Assembly: GCF_000372725.1 (NCBI RefSeq)
Contig: NW_005202427.1
Location: forward strand, 801,581-865,580
Length of the DNA stretch: 64,000 nt
DNA from: Emiliania huxleyi CCMP1516
Lineage: Eukaryota
Direction of reading: 5' to 3'
Both the position numbers and the translations under genes were made by a program. This document shows, piece by piece, positions 36,630 to 47,639 of this stretch. The notes beneath the pieces are model-generated. The model saw only the letters and a list, made by a program, of their open reading frames with translations, did no database searches and was not told the DNA's origin. Position 1 is the stretch's first letter. Every line of letters starts with the position of its first letter.

Positions 36630-37152
36630 TATGTGATAGGAACGAGTGTATCGCTTCGACGGATCGACCGTACTTGTTATCAAGGACCGATATGACGCAC
36701 ACAGTGACACAACAGACGACACATATTCTCCCATTCGCAATCGGATTTTGTGCGACCGCAGGTGCCAAAATTCTTTTTCGGAGCGGTTACCGGTTTCCTC
36801 CAAGTACCAAGAAAACCCAACCGTGGAAATTTATTTCTATTATGTTTTTTTCGCCGTTTTGAACGCACTGGGCCAGCGGGGAGAAAAGAATTTTACGACA
36901 AAGTGTTGTGCGAAAAAGAAAGAGGCGCCCGTTTGCTTAACGTTGCAAGCCGGGTTGAAGCTGGCTTCGCTGAGAAGAATTCACGCGATCGTAGCGGATT
37001 AATTACTCTGATGAGGAACTACCACTGGGAGCCCTGTGGTGTCTTGCTCTGCTAACAAGAAACCAGGGTAGTGACACGCGGCACTCTGTTTCGTCCTTGA
37101 CTTCCGGGCGCGTGCTTTGGATCGGACTCGTGTGGCGTGCGCAAGTGTAACA

Positions 37153-37550
37153 ATGCAGACGACGCGAGAGCGGCCTCGCGCATGGCTTCTCGTGCTCGTG
37201 ATCGCCCTGGTCGCCTTGGGCTGCTTCACGGTTGCCGGCCCCTCGGCTCAGACCAGCCCTTCCAGAAGCAGTCTTCTCATCCTCGGAAATGACGCCAAGG
37301 AGATGGAGGCGTCGGGAGAGGAGCAAGGACCAACTGCGAGGAGCGTGATCGGCTCGTGGCTCGGTAGCGCGCTGCGCGCTGCGGAGGGCCACGAGCCGTC
37401 ACCGCAGGACTTTTCGAAGACGACGAGGCCCGAGGACATGGGCTGCTACGTGGGACACAGGTGGGCGGAGCCCTGCCCGTTGGGCTCCAGGCCGGACTAC
37501 AAAAGCTGGGTGGCAAAGGTGCAGAAAGTCAAGCAGCAGCAGGCGCAGGT

Positions 37551-37591
<41 letters not shown>

Positions 37592-37767
37592 CGCAGGCGC
37601 AGGCGCAGCAACAGCAGCAACAGCAGCAGCAGCAGCAAGGGGTGACGGTGGCACAAAATAGCAGCAGCCCTTCTACAAAACCACAACGAGTAAGCATAAT
37701 GCGGCCGCAGTGGGCACTACCCGAGGATGGCCGAGGGGTGGGGGTGGGAGGTTGGGGCAGGAGCTGA
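37153..37767 (+). CDS. Hypothetical protein with N-terminal signal/TM and poly-Q tract
   Basis: AWLLVLVIALVALGCF, CAG-run poly-Q; 3' end may be spliced (GTAAG at 37690). Confidence 0.55.
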
Positions 37768-38192
37768 GCCAAGAACCGGGGTGTGATTAGGGTCTTTGTT
37801 TCCACCTTTCGGAAACCTGTGCGTGTGTCGGGTGCTGGGAGCGCTTGTGTCACGGTTGAGTGTTTGTCTTTTCACTTTCGTTTATGATTATGATATGTCT
37901 CGTCACATGGACTGACGTGTCGTTGGCTTGACGAGTGTGACTGAGTGAGTGAGGCTGAGGGCGCGACGGACAGACAGTACACAGCAGACAGTACAGACGG
38001 CTTTCTACACCGAGTACGTACTCCATTGCGGCTTTACACCGACCGACGAATACCACCCACGGCCCGCCACTAGACGCCACAGAGGGGCCCGGCAATGCGA
38101 AAGCGGCTAAACATGAATGAGTGTGCGGCGACGTGCCCACCGCGCTACAGCATGGGCAGTCGCGGCAGCGATCGATCTCTCATCGCTCGATG

Positions 38193-38832
38193 TCAACGTG
38201 CAGCTCTGGGGCGCCCGTGTATTCGCGCGCAATGTCTGACACCGAGTTCAGCTTGCCCTTCTTGGGCATGCAGCAGGGGCAAAACGCCGCGCAGTATAAG
38301 TACTTGAAGATGTGCGAGGGCGCCTCAACTATCCAGGCAGCAGTGAGGCCGTAGACCGCCTGGTAGCCTGCGTCGGCCGCGCGCGGCCTGGTTGCAGCCC
38401 AGTAGACGGTGCCGCCAGCGAAGAGGAGGGTGGCCAGCTGCGGTCGGGGCCGTGGTGCGGGTGGTTGGAAGTGGCACGGGCGGCGGGTGGCCGTGGCCGG
38501 GTGTGCACCTCATACAGGCACTTCATCCCAGAGAAGAAGCCTTGAAAGCACTTGAAGCAGAACGTGGCAGGCGTCACGACGAGGAGGGTCAAGGCGAGGC
38601 TGGCGGCCTGGCTCTTCCAGTCGTCAATGCCGACGTACTCGGCAGTCACCATGCCTGTCGCGACGGCCAGCGAAGTCACGAAGCCGAAGAGCGCGACCTG
38701 GTCGCGTACCTTGCCTTTCTGGAAGACCATGCCCAAGAGAGAGTGGTTAAGCGCGACATACTCGCAGATGTTGACCTTGTCGTCCTTGTTGCCGCCGCCG
38801 AAGAGCCCCGTTGTGTCCGCGTCTGTCTCCAT
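38193..38832 (-). CDS. Hypothetical multi-pass membrane protein (one GT-AG intron ~38507-38438)
   Basis: METDADTTG...QVALFGFVTSLAVATGMV...ASLALTLLVV...LATLLFAGGTVYW...YQAVYGLTAAWIV; C-terminal frame uncertain. Confidence 0.55.
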
Positions 38833-39792
38833 GGCTGCGGCTGCGGCTGCGGCTGCGGCTGCGGCTGCGGCTGCGGCTGCGGCTGAGGCTGCTCCTGAGG
38901 CTGCTCTCGGAGGCCCGACTCGGGGTTGCGCTAGCGGGCCAGGACCGAGCTCAAAAAGCGCGCAGGAGGCGCGTTTTTCTTTCTTCTTTCCTCGATTATC
39001 TCGAGGTTCTGAGGTGGATATCCTTTGGCCGCGTTGTGTAGCGAGGATTGGTGTGACGCGATCCACGCAGGCGTGTTTTCTGGCGGCCGACCGTCAGTGC
39101 ACGGAGTTGCCCCTTCTCCGACTGCCCCGGCTGGCTAGTTCCTTCCCGAGGTCGCGCGGGGCTGACCCCTGCGTCCCCCGAGACCTAGCGCGGGTGGGTT
39201 GGAGGGGGCTCGCCCCGCTCCTCCCCATCGGGCCGCGTGAGCGGCCACGCCTCGCAGATTCGTTTCTCGCGCCTGGGTCAGGCGCGCGGGGCATCCCCCG
39301 GGTCGCTCGACCAGCGATCCGAAGAGTGGCCGCTATGCGAAGGAAAGAGCGGAGCCCTCGGGGTACGCCTCGCCCCTCCGAGGGGGGAAGGGAATTGCGG
39401 GGTCCCCACGGGCGCCTCTCTTCGGCCCTCCCGAGGGGGGGAGGGGAGCAAGGGGGTGGGGGGGTCGGGGCGGTGGGGAGGGGTCTCGGTTTCGTGTGGC
39501 TAATACTTGCCTTTCGGGGAGGGGCCTCCGGCCGTGCGAGGCTAGCTCAGCTCGACATCTTCCCCTCCTCCCCTCGAGGCAGCGAGTAGGCAGCGAGAGG
39601 AGCACTCGAGCGCCTATGTGTCGATGCGCGAATGGCTGGGAAAGAGCGATAAGAAAGTAGAGGGAGGGAGGGCGGGGCGGGCGGTTGGGCGGACGGGCGG
39701 GGCGGGGCGGGGAGGGCGGGCGGGGTGGGAGAGAGGTCGTATATGGCAGCAGCAGCAGCAGCGGCGGCCGCAGCAACAGCAGCAGTGCAGCA

Positions 39793-40709
39793 ACTGGTTG
39801 GGTAGTAGTCTAAGTTCTGAGCCTCGAGGCTGGACGGGTCTAAGTGTGGCTAGCCACGCTGGAGTGCTTGCGCGGTCTAAGATCAGCGGGAGCCTCTTAC
39901 ATCGGCTAAGTCGGCCGTGGCACGGCCTGGGGCCAGGAGGCTCCCACCGTGATCAACGATACGGCGCAGCCCCCAAATTTTCTTCGCCTGCGGAGGGCAA
40001 TGGATCCTCTTCATGCTTAGCAATCGCCGCCTCAGCATCCTCCTCTTCCGATTTTCGTTGCTGCTCCTTCATTCTTGAGCGACGTCTAGCCAAACAGTTC
40101 TCACATGACACGAAGCTCCTCAAGCTTAATCAAACGCGTGACGGTGAAGCCTGTGTGTGCTGGTCCTCTTTGAACGATCCGCGCGTGAGGTAGCATAGGG
40201 CCTTGTTGGCAGCAGCCAGCTAGTTGCGCTGCTTCGTTGCGATGAGCTGATTGGGATCGCAGAAGTGCATGCCAAGCACCGCCACGATCTTGAAGCAGAA
40301 CACATCGCAACCGCATCGTTCGCACTGCCATCGGCATGCCGCGCCCGCCGCTTCGCCGCAGCCGCCTTAAGGCACGCATAGCGGCAGCACATGGTGGGGG
40401 GGGGTACTTGAGCAGGCGCTGCGCGCCGCAAGTAGCGCACTGGCCCTGGGAGAAGGCGATATATGGCGTCGTGCGCGGCATACGCGGCATACGTTGGTGG
40501 GACGCGTCCAGGTGTTTTCGGGTAAACCTGGAGGCTTTTCAGGTATACCCGGGTTTTGCCCGGAGTTGGCCTTATGTCGTCTAAGTTCATGGCCCCCGAC
40601 CATACAGCGTCTAAGTCCGAGCCCGGCTCCGTGTGGGGGCTAAGTTGAGCGCTCGCTCGCTGCAGAGGCTAAGTGTAGAGCGACCCTCTAGCCCTACTAC
40701 CCAACCATT
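39793..40709. mobile_element. Non-autonomous TIR element, 16-bp TIR, 8-bp TSD, in a (CAG)n tract
   Basis: ACTGGTTGGGTAGTAG ... CTACTACCCAACCATT flanked by GTGCAGCA; periodic CTAAG subterminal motifs. Confidence 0.8.
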
Positions 40710-42117
40710 GTGCAGCAGCAGCAGCAGCGGCAGCCTCGCTCCTGCGGTGTCTACCTCTTCCAGTCTATCTAGGCGGCCGCGAGGTTAATATACCGAATAA
40801 TGGTGTCAAAACACCGGGGGTTGGTTGGCGCGCAGGCACCTGAGGGGCCTTCGCCGAGTGCGCACACCACTCAGCTTGGCGTCGACTCCTCGACAACACA
40901 ATACACTCCTCACCGACTCACGCCCTCCACTACTGTTCACGCCCCCTCTCTCGCTCGCTCTCGACAACAGGACGCCACACCCTCTCTCTCCTCCATCACG
41001 CTCTCTCTCCCCTCTCTCTTCTCTCGGTCATGTCATCTCGTTGGTGGTGATTCATCTTGGCTTGCTTTCCCGCTCTCTTCCGACCTCTGTTCCTCTTCGC
41101 CGCTGGAGGGGCACTGCTGCTCGCCTCGTCGCCTTCCGCCATCACGGTCGGCGCCTCGTCGTCGAACGCCTCCCCTCGCACGCGCCGCCCAAGGACCGTC
41201 TCGCCTCCTGGGGCACTGCTGCTCGCCTCGCCGCCTGCCGCCATCGCGGCTGGCGCCTCGTCGTCGAGCGTCTCCCCTTGTGCCGCCGGGCGGATCGAGT
41301 TGGACCCCTCCACCTCGTCGACGGCGTCGCAAATTCTCATCTCGTCCTCGTCGTCGTTGACTGGGCCGCATAGCCGCCTGCCGCCAGCGGTTGAGAGATC
41401 CGCCTCCCCCTCGAGCTGCCTCTCCATTTCCACGTCGTCGCTGGTTGTGGCTCCGCTTCCTCCGCTCGCTGTGCCTCCTTTGTGGCGCTCCTCCGGTTGA
41501 ACCTCCGCCTCTGCCAGCGCCCTCCATTCTCTGGTCTGTCACTTGCCCCTCCTTCCTCCTCGCCCCCTTCCGCCCTCTCGCCGCTCCCGCTCCTCGCTGG
41601 CCTCCGCCTCCTCCTCTCCGCGCAGTCTCCTTTCTATCGTCTGGCCTGCCATTCCGAGCGCATTCTTCCTCGCTGCCTCCGCCTCTGCGGCGCGTGACCG
41701 TGAAGTACGTCTGTTGACTGTTCCGCGGTCTGATGTTGCAGATCGCTAGCATCCAAGATGCCGTATACATTGCGATGATAATCCCGACGATGAACGATTT
41801 TTCATTGGCTCCTACCCTCTCTAACAGTGTCAGCCCACTCACAGCATGCACGCTCCGCGCGCGCACACACCACGTTGGCAGAGGAGAGGCACACGAGGCG
41901 TCAGGCGTGCTAAGCCCGCCTCCAGCACACTCGTAGAACCGTAACGCACACTCGCACACACGTCAAGACACTCGCGACTCGCCCCTTACACGGGCACACA
42001 GCGGTGCTGCGATCGCGACGTAGCCCACCCCACATCCACACTCCACGCACCCATGGCGCTCTTCCATGCGCATGTCTCGACTAGCAGGCGTAGGTGGCGG
42101 GTTGGAGCCCCCCCAAC

Positions 42118-42711
42118 TCACACCTGCGCCCGCGCGGAACTTATCGCGTCGGCCTCGTCCGCAGCGGAGGAACAATACTCGTTTGCACTCACGAACGCGC
42201 TGCTGCCTCGAGCGGTGGACGACGAGGCGGCGGTGGACGACGAGCCGGCGCGAGCTGCTGCTGCTGCTGCTGCTGCTGAGGAGGAGGAGGAGGAGGCTCC
42301 CGCCGTGCCCGCGACGTCTGCCTTTTCGACGCGGCGCAAGCCGCCGTCGCTATCTGACGCACGCGCCGCCGGCGCCGGCGCCAGCGCTGCTCCCCCCTCC
42401 ACTCGCTTCCCCCCTCGACAGGTCGCGAACGCGATGTAGACCCACAGCAGCAGCATCGTGAGAGGTGCAAGAGCAAAGATGCCGGCGCAGGCCACAGGGG
42501 GCAGCGCGGTGGGCCCACCTGGCCATATTTGGGCTTTCGACTCGATGAGGATCGGCGGGTAGCCTGAGCCGGCGCCGTCGCCTGAGCCGTCCTCAGAGGA
42601 TCCGGCTTGGAAGGGCAGCCTCACCGACGGCAGCCAGTCGCCAAAATTCTCAAATGGGTTGAGGCGACGTGGCCTCGAATAAGAGGTGCCCGCGGGATGC
42701 GGCGGCGGCAT
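42118..42711 (-). CDS. Hypothetical single-pass membrane protein
   Basis: ORF MPPPHPAG... with TM ACAGIFALAPLTMLLLWVYIAFA. Confidence 0.55.
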   Translation of the reverse strand: MPPPHPAGTSYSRPRRLNPFENFGDWLPSVRLPFQAGSSEDGSGDGAGSGYPPILIESKAQIWPGGPTALPPVACAGIFALAPLTMLLLWVYIAFATCRGGKRVEGGAALAPAPAARASDSDGGLRRVEKADVAGTAGASSSSSSAAAAAAAARAGSSSTAASSSTARGSSAFVSANEYCSSAADEADAISSARAQV

Positions 42712-42810
42712 TACAGCAGCCGCGGGGCGAAGCGGCTGGTGGCGCCGTCGCGCGCGCAGTCGCGCCAGTGAGCAAGGACGTCCCGATCGTCGAAAAATAA
42801 CGTGGCGGCT

Positions 42811-44352
42811 CTCAGCGGAGCTGGGAATAGGACCGCCGCAAGCGGCGTGGCGTGGAGCGGTTGAGCATCCCTCCGGGGGCCCCTCTGCGCCGGGGAGGCG
42901 TTGTTGGAGGCTAGGACGCAAGCGTCCGTCGCCCTTTTCAAACTCGGGGCCCACTCCGCTACGCTCCGACCCGAATTTGGAGGGCCTGAAAGTTTCAGGT
43001 GTTGCTGCGCAAAAGGGGTCGGACACAGGGCGCAGCTCATGCTAAGAGCTAGAAGGGGAGATGGAGAGAACAACCACCCTGTCCCGTTATTGCGTACACC
43101 AACACCACAAAGCTCTCTCTCTCCTGCTCCTCACACTCAGGGGGCGGTCACGACTACCGAGTCCCTCGACTAGCTGCCACGTTCAAAACCAGGACGGCGA
43201 CAGTGATGGTGCTATCACGGGCATGGTCAGGGGAAAGTGGAGCGGGGGGGGTGAGCGTCAGCCAGCCAGGTACGGGATAGTAGAGCAGGCGCTTTGTGGG
43301 TGGCGGTGGGCGGCGGCGCTGGGTGGCCGGCCGAATCGTTAGCTGAGCTCCTCCCTCAAGCTCGATCACGCATGACGCACGTAACCTGACAACGTCGGCG
43401 AGCTTCTGGATCAGGTTAGGTTGCTGGAGCACCTCCAACTCCTCCTCTGAGTCAGACACGCCAAACGTCGACGACTGCGCCCTCCTCCTCCTCCGATTCG
43501 CCGACCACCCTCCTCCTCCATGGGCTCGATCCGATTCCGCAGCGTGTCGTCCTCAGCGGCGGTGCTGCGCGGGAGGCGGCCGCGGGCACGCTGGGCTCGA
43601 TCAGCGGCTTTCCCTCAGTTGCTCCGAAAGCACTGGGTAGCCCAGGCTTCATGCGCGCGGCGGCTGACGGCTGCTGTGGACCACCTGGACAGGCCAGGCC
43701 GAGCCCTGGGGGAGCTGGGGACGAGACTGCGTCACAAGTCGAAGAGCTAGGACTGCTGTCGCGACCCTCCCGTCGTGCCGCAGCCTCCGACGAGCTCTGC
43801 AACCGAGGAGAGTGAGGGTGCGCCTCCCCTCACTGCTGGCCTGGCTGCGCACCCCCACAAAGCACCCCCTCGAGCATCTCTACAAGTACAAGTACAAGGG
43901 GCGGCGGCTCCGGCAAGACTTTAGCCTTGGCCACCCTCCTTGCGGAGCAGGAGGAGATCCGCTCTCGGTCGGCAACGTGGCAGCTAGTCGAGGGACTCGG
44001 TAGTTTGAGTGACCGCCCCCCTGAGTGAGGACAGGAGAGAGAGAGCTTTTGTGGTGTTGGTGTACGCAATGACGGGACAGGGTAGTTAGTCGCTCTCTCT
44101 AGCTCCCCTTCTAGCTCTTAGCATGAGCTGCGCCCTGTGTCCGACCCCTTTTGCGCAGCAACACCTTAAACTTTTAGGCCCTCCAAATTCGGGTCGGAGC
44201 GTAGCGGAGTGGGCCCCGAGTTTGAAAACGGCGACGGACGCTTGCGTCCTAACCTCCAACAACGCCTCCCCGGCGCAGAGGGGCCCCCGGAGGGATGCTC
44301 AACCGCTCCACGCCACGCCGCTTGCGGCGGTCCTTTTCCCAGCTCCGCTGAG
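42811..44352. mobile_element. Foldback/Mutator-like element with ~375-bp inverted arms (42811-43183, 43974-44352)
   Basis: Arms are long, highly similar reverse complements; ~790-bp unique core; no TSD found. Confidence 0.8.
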
Positions 44353-44439
44353 CGAGCAGCGTAGCGCACCCGCGTGATTCTCGTTTTGAGAGCTTGGCGG
44401 CGCTGCGCGGCCAGGGTCCTGGGTCCGAGCTGCTGTGCG

Positions 44440-47256
44440 ATGGCCTCTTCATCCGGTGGCGCTGCCGCGACTGCCGCTGCGGCTGCCGCTAGGCCGGGCG
44501 CCCAGCTGGCCCAAACGCCCGACGGTCTCACACTTGGCGAGGATTTTCCGTACGTGTGCGAGGTTTTGCGTCCCGCCTCCACCGTCACTGCTCCGCCTCC
44601 TCGGCCGCCGTGTCCGCTGCTGCGCCTGCCACGGCCCGGCCACTGCCCGCGGCCGCGGCCGCGGCCGCGCCCGCCACTCGGGCGGCGGCCGTCCTCCGCT
44701 CACCGCCGCCTTTGCCGGACAGGTCTGCCTCGGTCCCAACCCGTACGTGCGGATGCTCAAGATGCCAAACTCGCGCGAGTGTAAGATCTCGGGCCGGCCG
44801 TACACCGCCTTCCGCTGGAAGCCCGGCTCCGAGGCGCGCTACAAGGAGACCATCGTCGCGGCCGAGGTTGCCATTGCGAAGAACGTCTGCCAGGCGCGGA
44901 CGCCGCCGGCCTCCCCTCCTCCCCTCCTATCCATCTACTTTGGGGTTTTTTGTTCGGCCCTCGTTCTTTTTCCTTTTTTTTTCTTTTGCCCCCCCCCTTT
45001 CCCGGTTTTCTCTTGTTTTTTCTTTCCTTTTTTTTTTCTTGTTCCCTTTCGCCTTTTCTTTTTTTATCCGCCCCTTCTTGTCGCTAATTTTCTCCCTTTT
45101 TTTTTCCCCCCTTATTTTTTCTTCCCCCTCCCCCCTCCTTNNNNNNNNNNNNNNNNNNNNNNNNNNNNNNNNNNNNNNNNNNNNNNNNNNNNNNNNNNNN
45201 NNNNNNNNNNNNNNNNNNNNNNNNNNNNNNNNNNNNNNNNTTGTCCAAGACGGCGAATCAAGCTCACCCCCCCCCCCCCCCCCGGGGGCAGGTCTGCCTC
45301 ATGGACATGGAGTACAACCTGCCTGTGGCGGTCCGCGACCAGCTGACCGGCGCAGGCAAGGGCGGCGAGCGGGGCGTGGGAGGCGAGTGGCTAGTCGCTG
45401 CAGCTAGTCGCTGCAGCTAGTCGCTGCAGCTGGTCGCTGCAGCTGGTCGCTGCAGCTGGTCGCTGCAGCTGGTCGCTGCAACAACCTGCTGTAGCTAGCT
45501 GCCCCCCCTCTGCTCCTCCAGCGAGATCGCGGCGAGATCGCGGCGAGATCGCGGCGAGATCGCGGCCCGCCACGGCGGAGGTGACGCGTGCGTGCGTGCG
45601 TCCCCCCGCCACAGGCGTCCAGATGCCCGGCTCCGACGTCAACAAGGAGTTTTACTGGGAGAACCAGCGCCAGTCTCTCGCGGCGGGCACGCTGCAGGGC
45701 TACCAGGAGCTCAACGCGGGCGGGGGAGCCGCGTCGGTGGGTGCCAACTTCGAGAAGCTGGCACCCTGCGCTCTTCGGGCGGCTGGTGCGTCGGTGGCGG
45801 GCGGCGGCGGGTGAGTCCGCCGGCTGACCGCCTCGTAGGCCGCTCTCTCGCGCAACAACTCGCACACGCCCTACTATGACCGCAACCTGCCGAAGCTCTG
45901 CTCCTTTTGGGCGCCCTCCCGGACCAGCGGGTCGCGTCGCGAGGGCCTACGGGCGCCTCCCTCTCGCTGGAGCGCGCGCCGCTTCTTGTCTGTAGGCGCG
46001 CCAGACTTGCAACCGCGTCGCGAACGGCTCGTGCCCGTACCGCCCCTGCTGCGGCGTGTTATCCTAGAAGCGGGATGCGTGTTCTCGTCTCCCAACCAGC
46101 GCTCGAGAGGACACGGACTCCGCCGTATTCCGCCGTATTCCGCTGTACTCACTGTACTCCTATCCGCTGTGTTCATGCGTTGCTCTGAAGACGCTGCATC
46201 ATACCTAGGCGTGTTTCGCTTCCCCGAGCTGGCGTCCACCCAGCCCGAGCTGCTCTCGACGCTGGTGCGGAAGCTGCATGCGGAGGGGGCGCTCGGCTGC
46301 ATGCGCGACACGTCGGACGAGATGGAGGAGATCCGCGAGGCGCGTCGTCACTCCGTCCAGGAGGATCTCTCTCTCTCTCTCGCTATGAATGATGACGAGG
46401 GAGCGGTGGCGACTCTTAGGCTCTGCGCGATTCGCAGCGCGGCTCGAGGAACGAGGCGATCCGCAACCGCTACCACGGCGCCGAGGGCCGGGCTAGCTCG
46501 CCGCAGAGCACGCGGACATTTGCCGCACGCACGTCCCGGCCCCTTTCCTAGGTACCGAGGGCGGCATGTCGCGGACATGTCGCGGACGTGTCGTGGACAT
46601 GCCGTGGACTGTTCCTAGGTACCGAGGGCGACAAGCTGGCGGCAAAGTACCTCGATAAGGCGCAGAGCATGGCGGCGCTCACTCCGCCCGAGGACCAGGG
46701 CGTCGTCGCGCTCTGGGTGGGCGGCCCCCACCGCCGACAGCACCCCCCCCCCCCCCCCTCTCCCACAGCGCGCGTGAGTGGGCATGTGGTTGCTCGTCTA
46801 GGTTGGCGGCCTCACCGCCGACATCACGCAGCAGGACCTGCGCGACGCCTTCTACGCATACGGCGAGATTGCGGCGGTGCGCAGAGACGAACCACACAGG
46901 CGGACACAGGCGGGTCGTGGCGGAGAGACGGGGGACCGGGCCCGTGCGGTCGTTAGGTGCGGATGAAGCCGGAGCGGCGCTGCGCGCTGATCGAGTACAC
47001 GCTGCGCAAGTCGGCAGAGGAGGCGGCGACGGCGCTGCACCGCCGGCTGGCGATCAAGGGGGCGAGGCTGAAGCTCTGGTGGGCAAAGTCGCAGCAGGCG
47101 GCCGACAACGCCGACGCGCGGAAGTACGTGAGCCAGGCCTACGGTGCGCCGGTGCCCCCGCCGGGCGAGGTTGCCGCCTTTGGAGCGGCCGGCGGCGCGT
47201 CGCTGTACCCGTCGATGAACCCGAGTGCGATGGGCGCGCGGCCCGACGCCAGGTGA
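44440..47256 (+). CDS. RBM22: Pre-mRNA splicing factor RBM22/Slt11-like, ~11 exons
   Basis: FPYVCEVCLGPNPYVRM, FRWKPG, KNVCQVCLMDMEYNLPVAVRD, PYYDRNLPKLCSFW, LTPPEDQ..ALWVGGL (RRM), LKLWWAK, YPSMNP..MGA. Confidence 0.9.
46054..46208. mobile_element. Introner-like intron (family A) in RBM22, GC-AG
   Basis: Homologous to 32012-32212; flanked by GGCGTGTT. Confidence 0.75.
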
Positions 47257-47639
47257 TGGCGATGTGGTGGCGGTGGCGAGGGTGATGCGCCGCCGCCGAG
47301 GGCGATGCGCGGCGCGGCCGAACACTCTGTGCGCCGCAGAGAGCGGAGAGCGCAGAGGAGGTTGAGAGGCGGGCGCCGCATACGCGAACACACAGTCGTG
47401 CGAGAGGAGACGTTTTGGGATCTTGGAGCACTTGACAGTAAAATAAAACACACAAAACAAAGTTCGCGCACCAGGAGCTCGTCAATCAAGGCGCGGGACG
47501 CGCACGTCATAGCCCGGTCGAACACTGCCCAAACAAATAAATTCCCCCTTTGAGCTGAGAGCTTTTGGGATTTCGCTCCGAGCGACGGTCCAACGAGAAT
47601 CGTCAAAATCAGGCAATCAAGAGACCGGTAGCCACCAGC

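Noticed and set aside
37008..37065. CTGATGA...GAAA as a hammerhead ribozyme or box C/D snoRNA
   Set aside because: No G-C closing pair for stem II and no suitably placed box D
39810..40675. Short repeats with ~30-bp unique spacers resembling a CRISPR array
   Set aside because: Repeats are only 5-6 bp, lie inside a TIR element in a eukaryote, and there are no cas genes
40800..41960. Possible retroelement gag/ORF1 or LTR remnant
   Set aside because: Only an internal ~70-bp duplication and broken frames; no diagnostic motif
44935..45140. T/C-rich, Phe-rich ORF inside RBM22
   Set aside because: Low-quality read end next to a gap, within an intron
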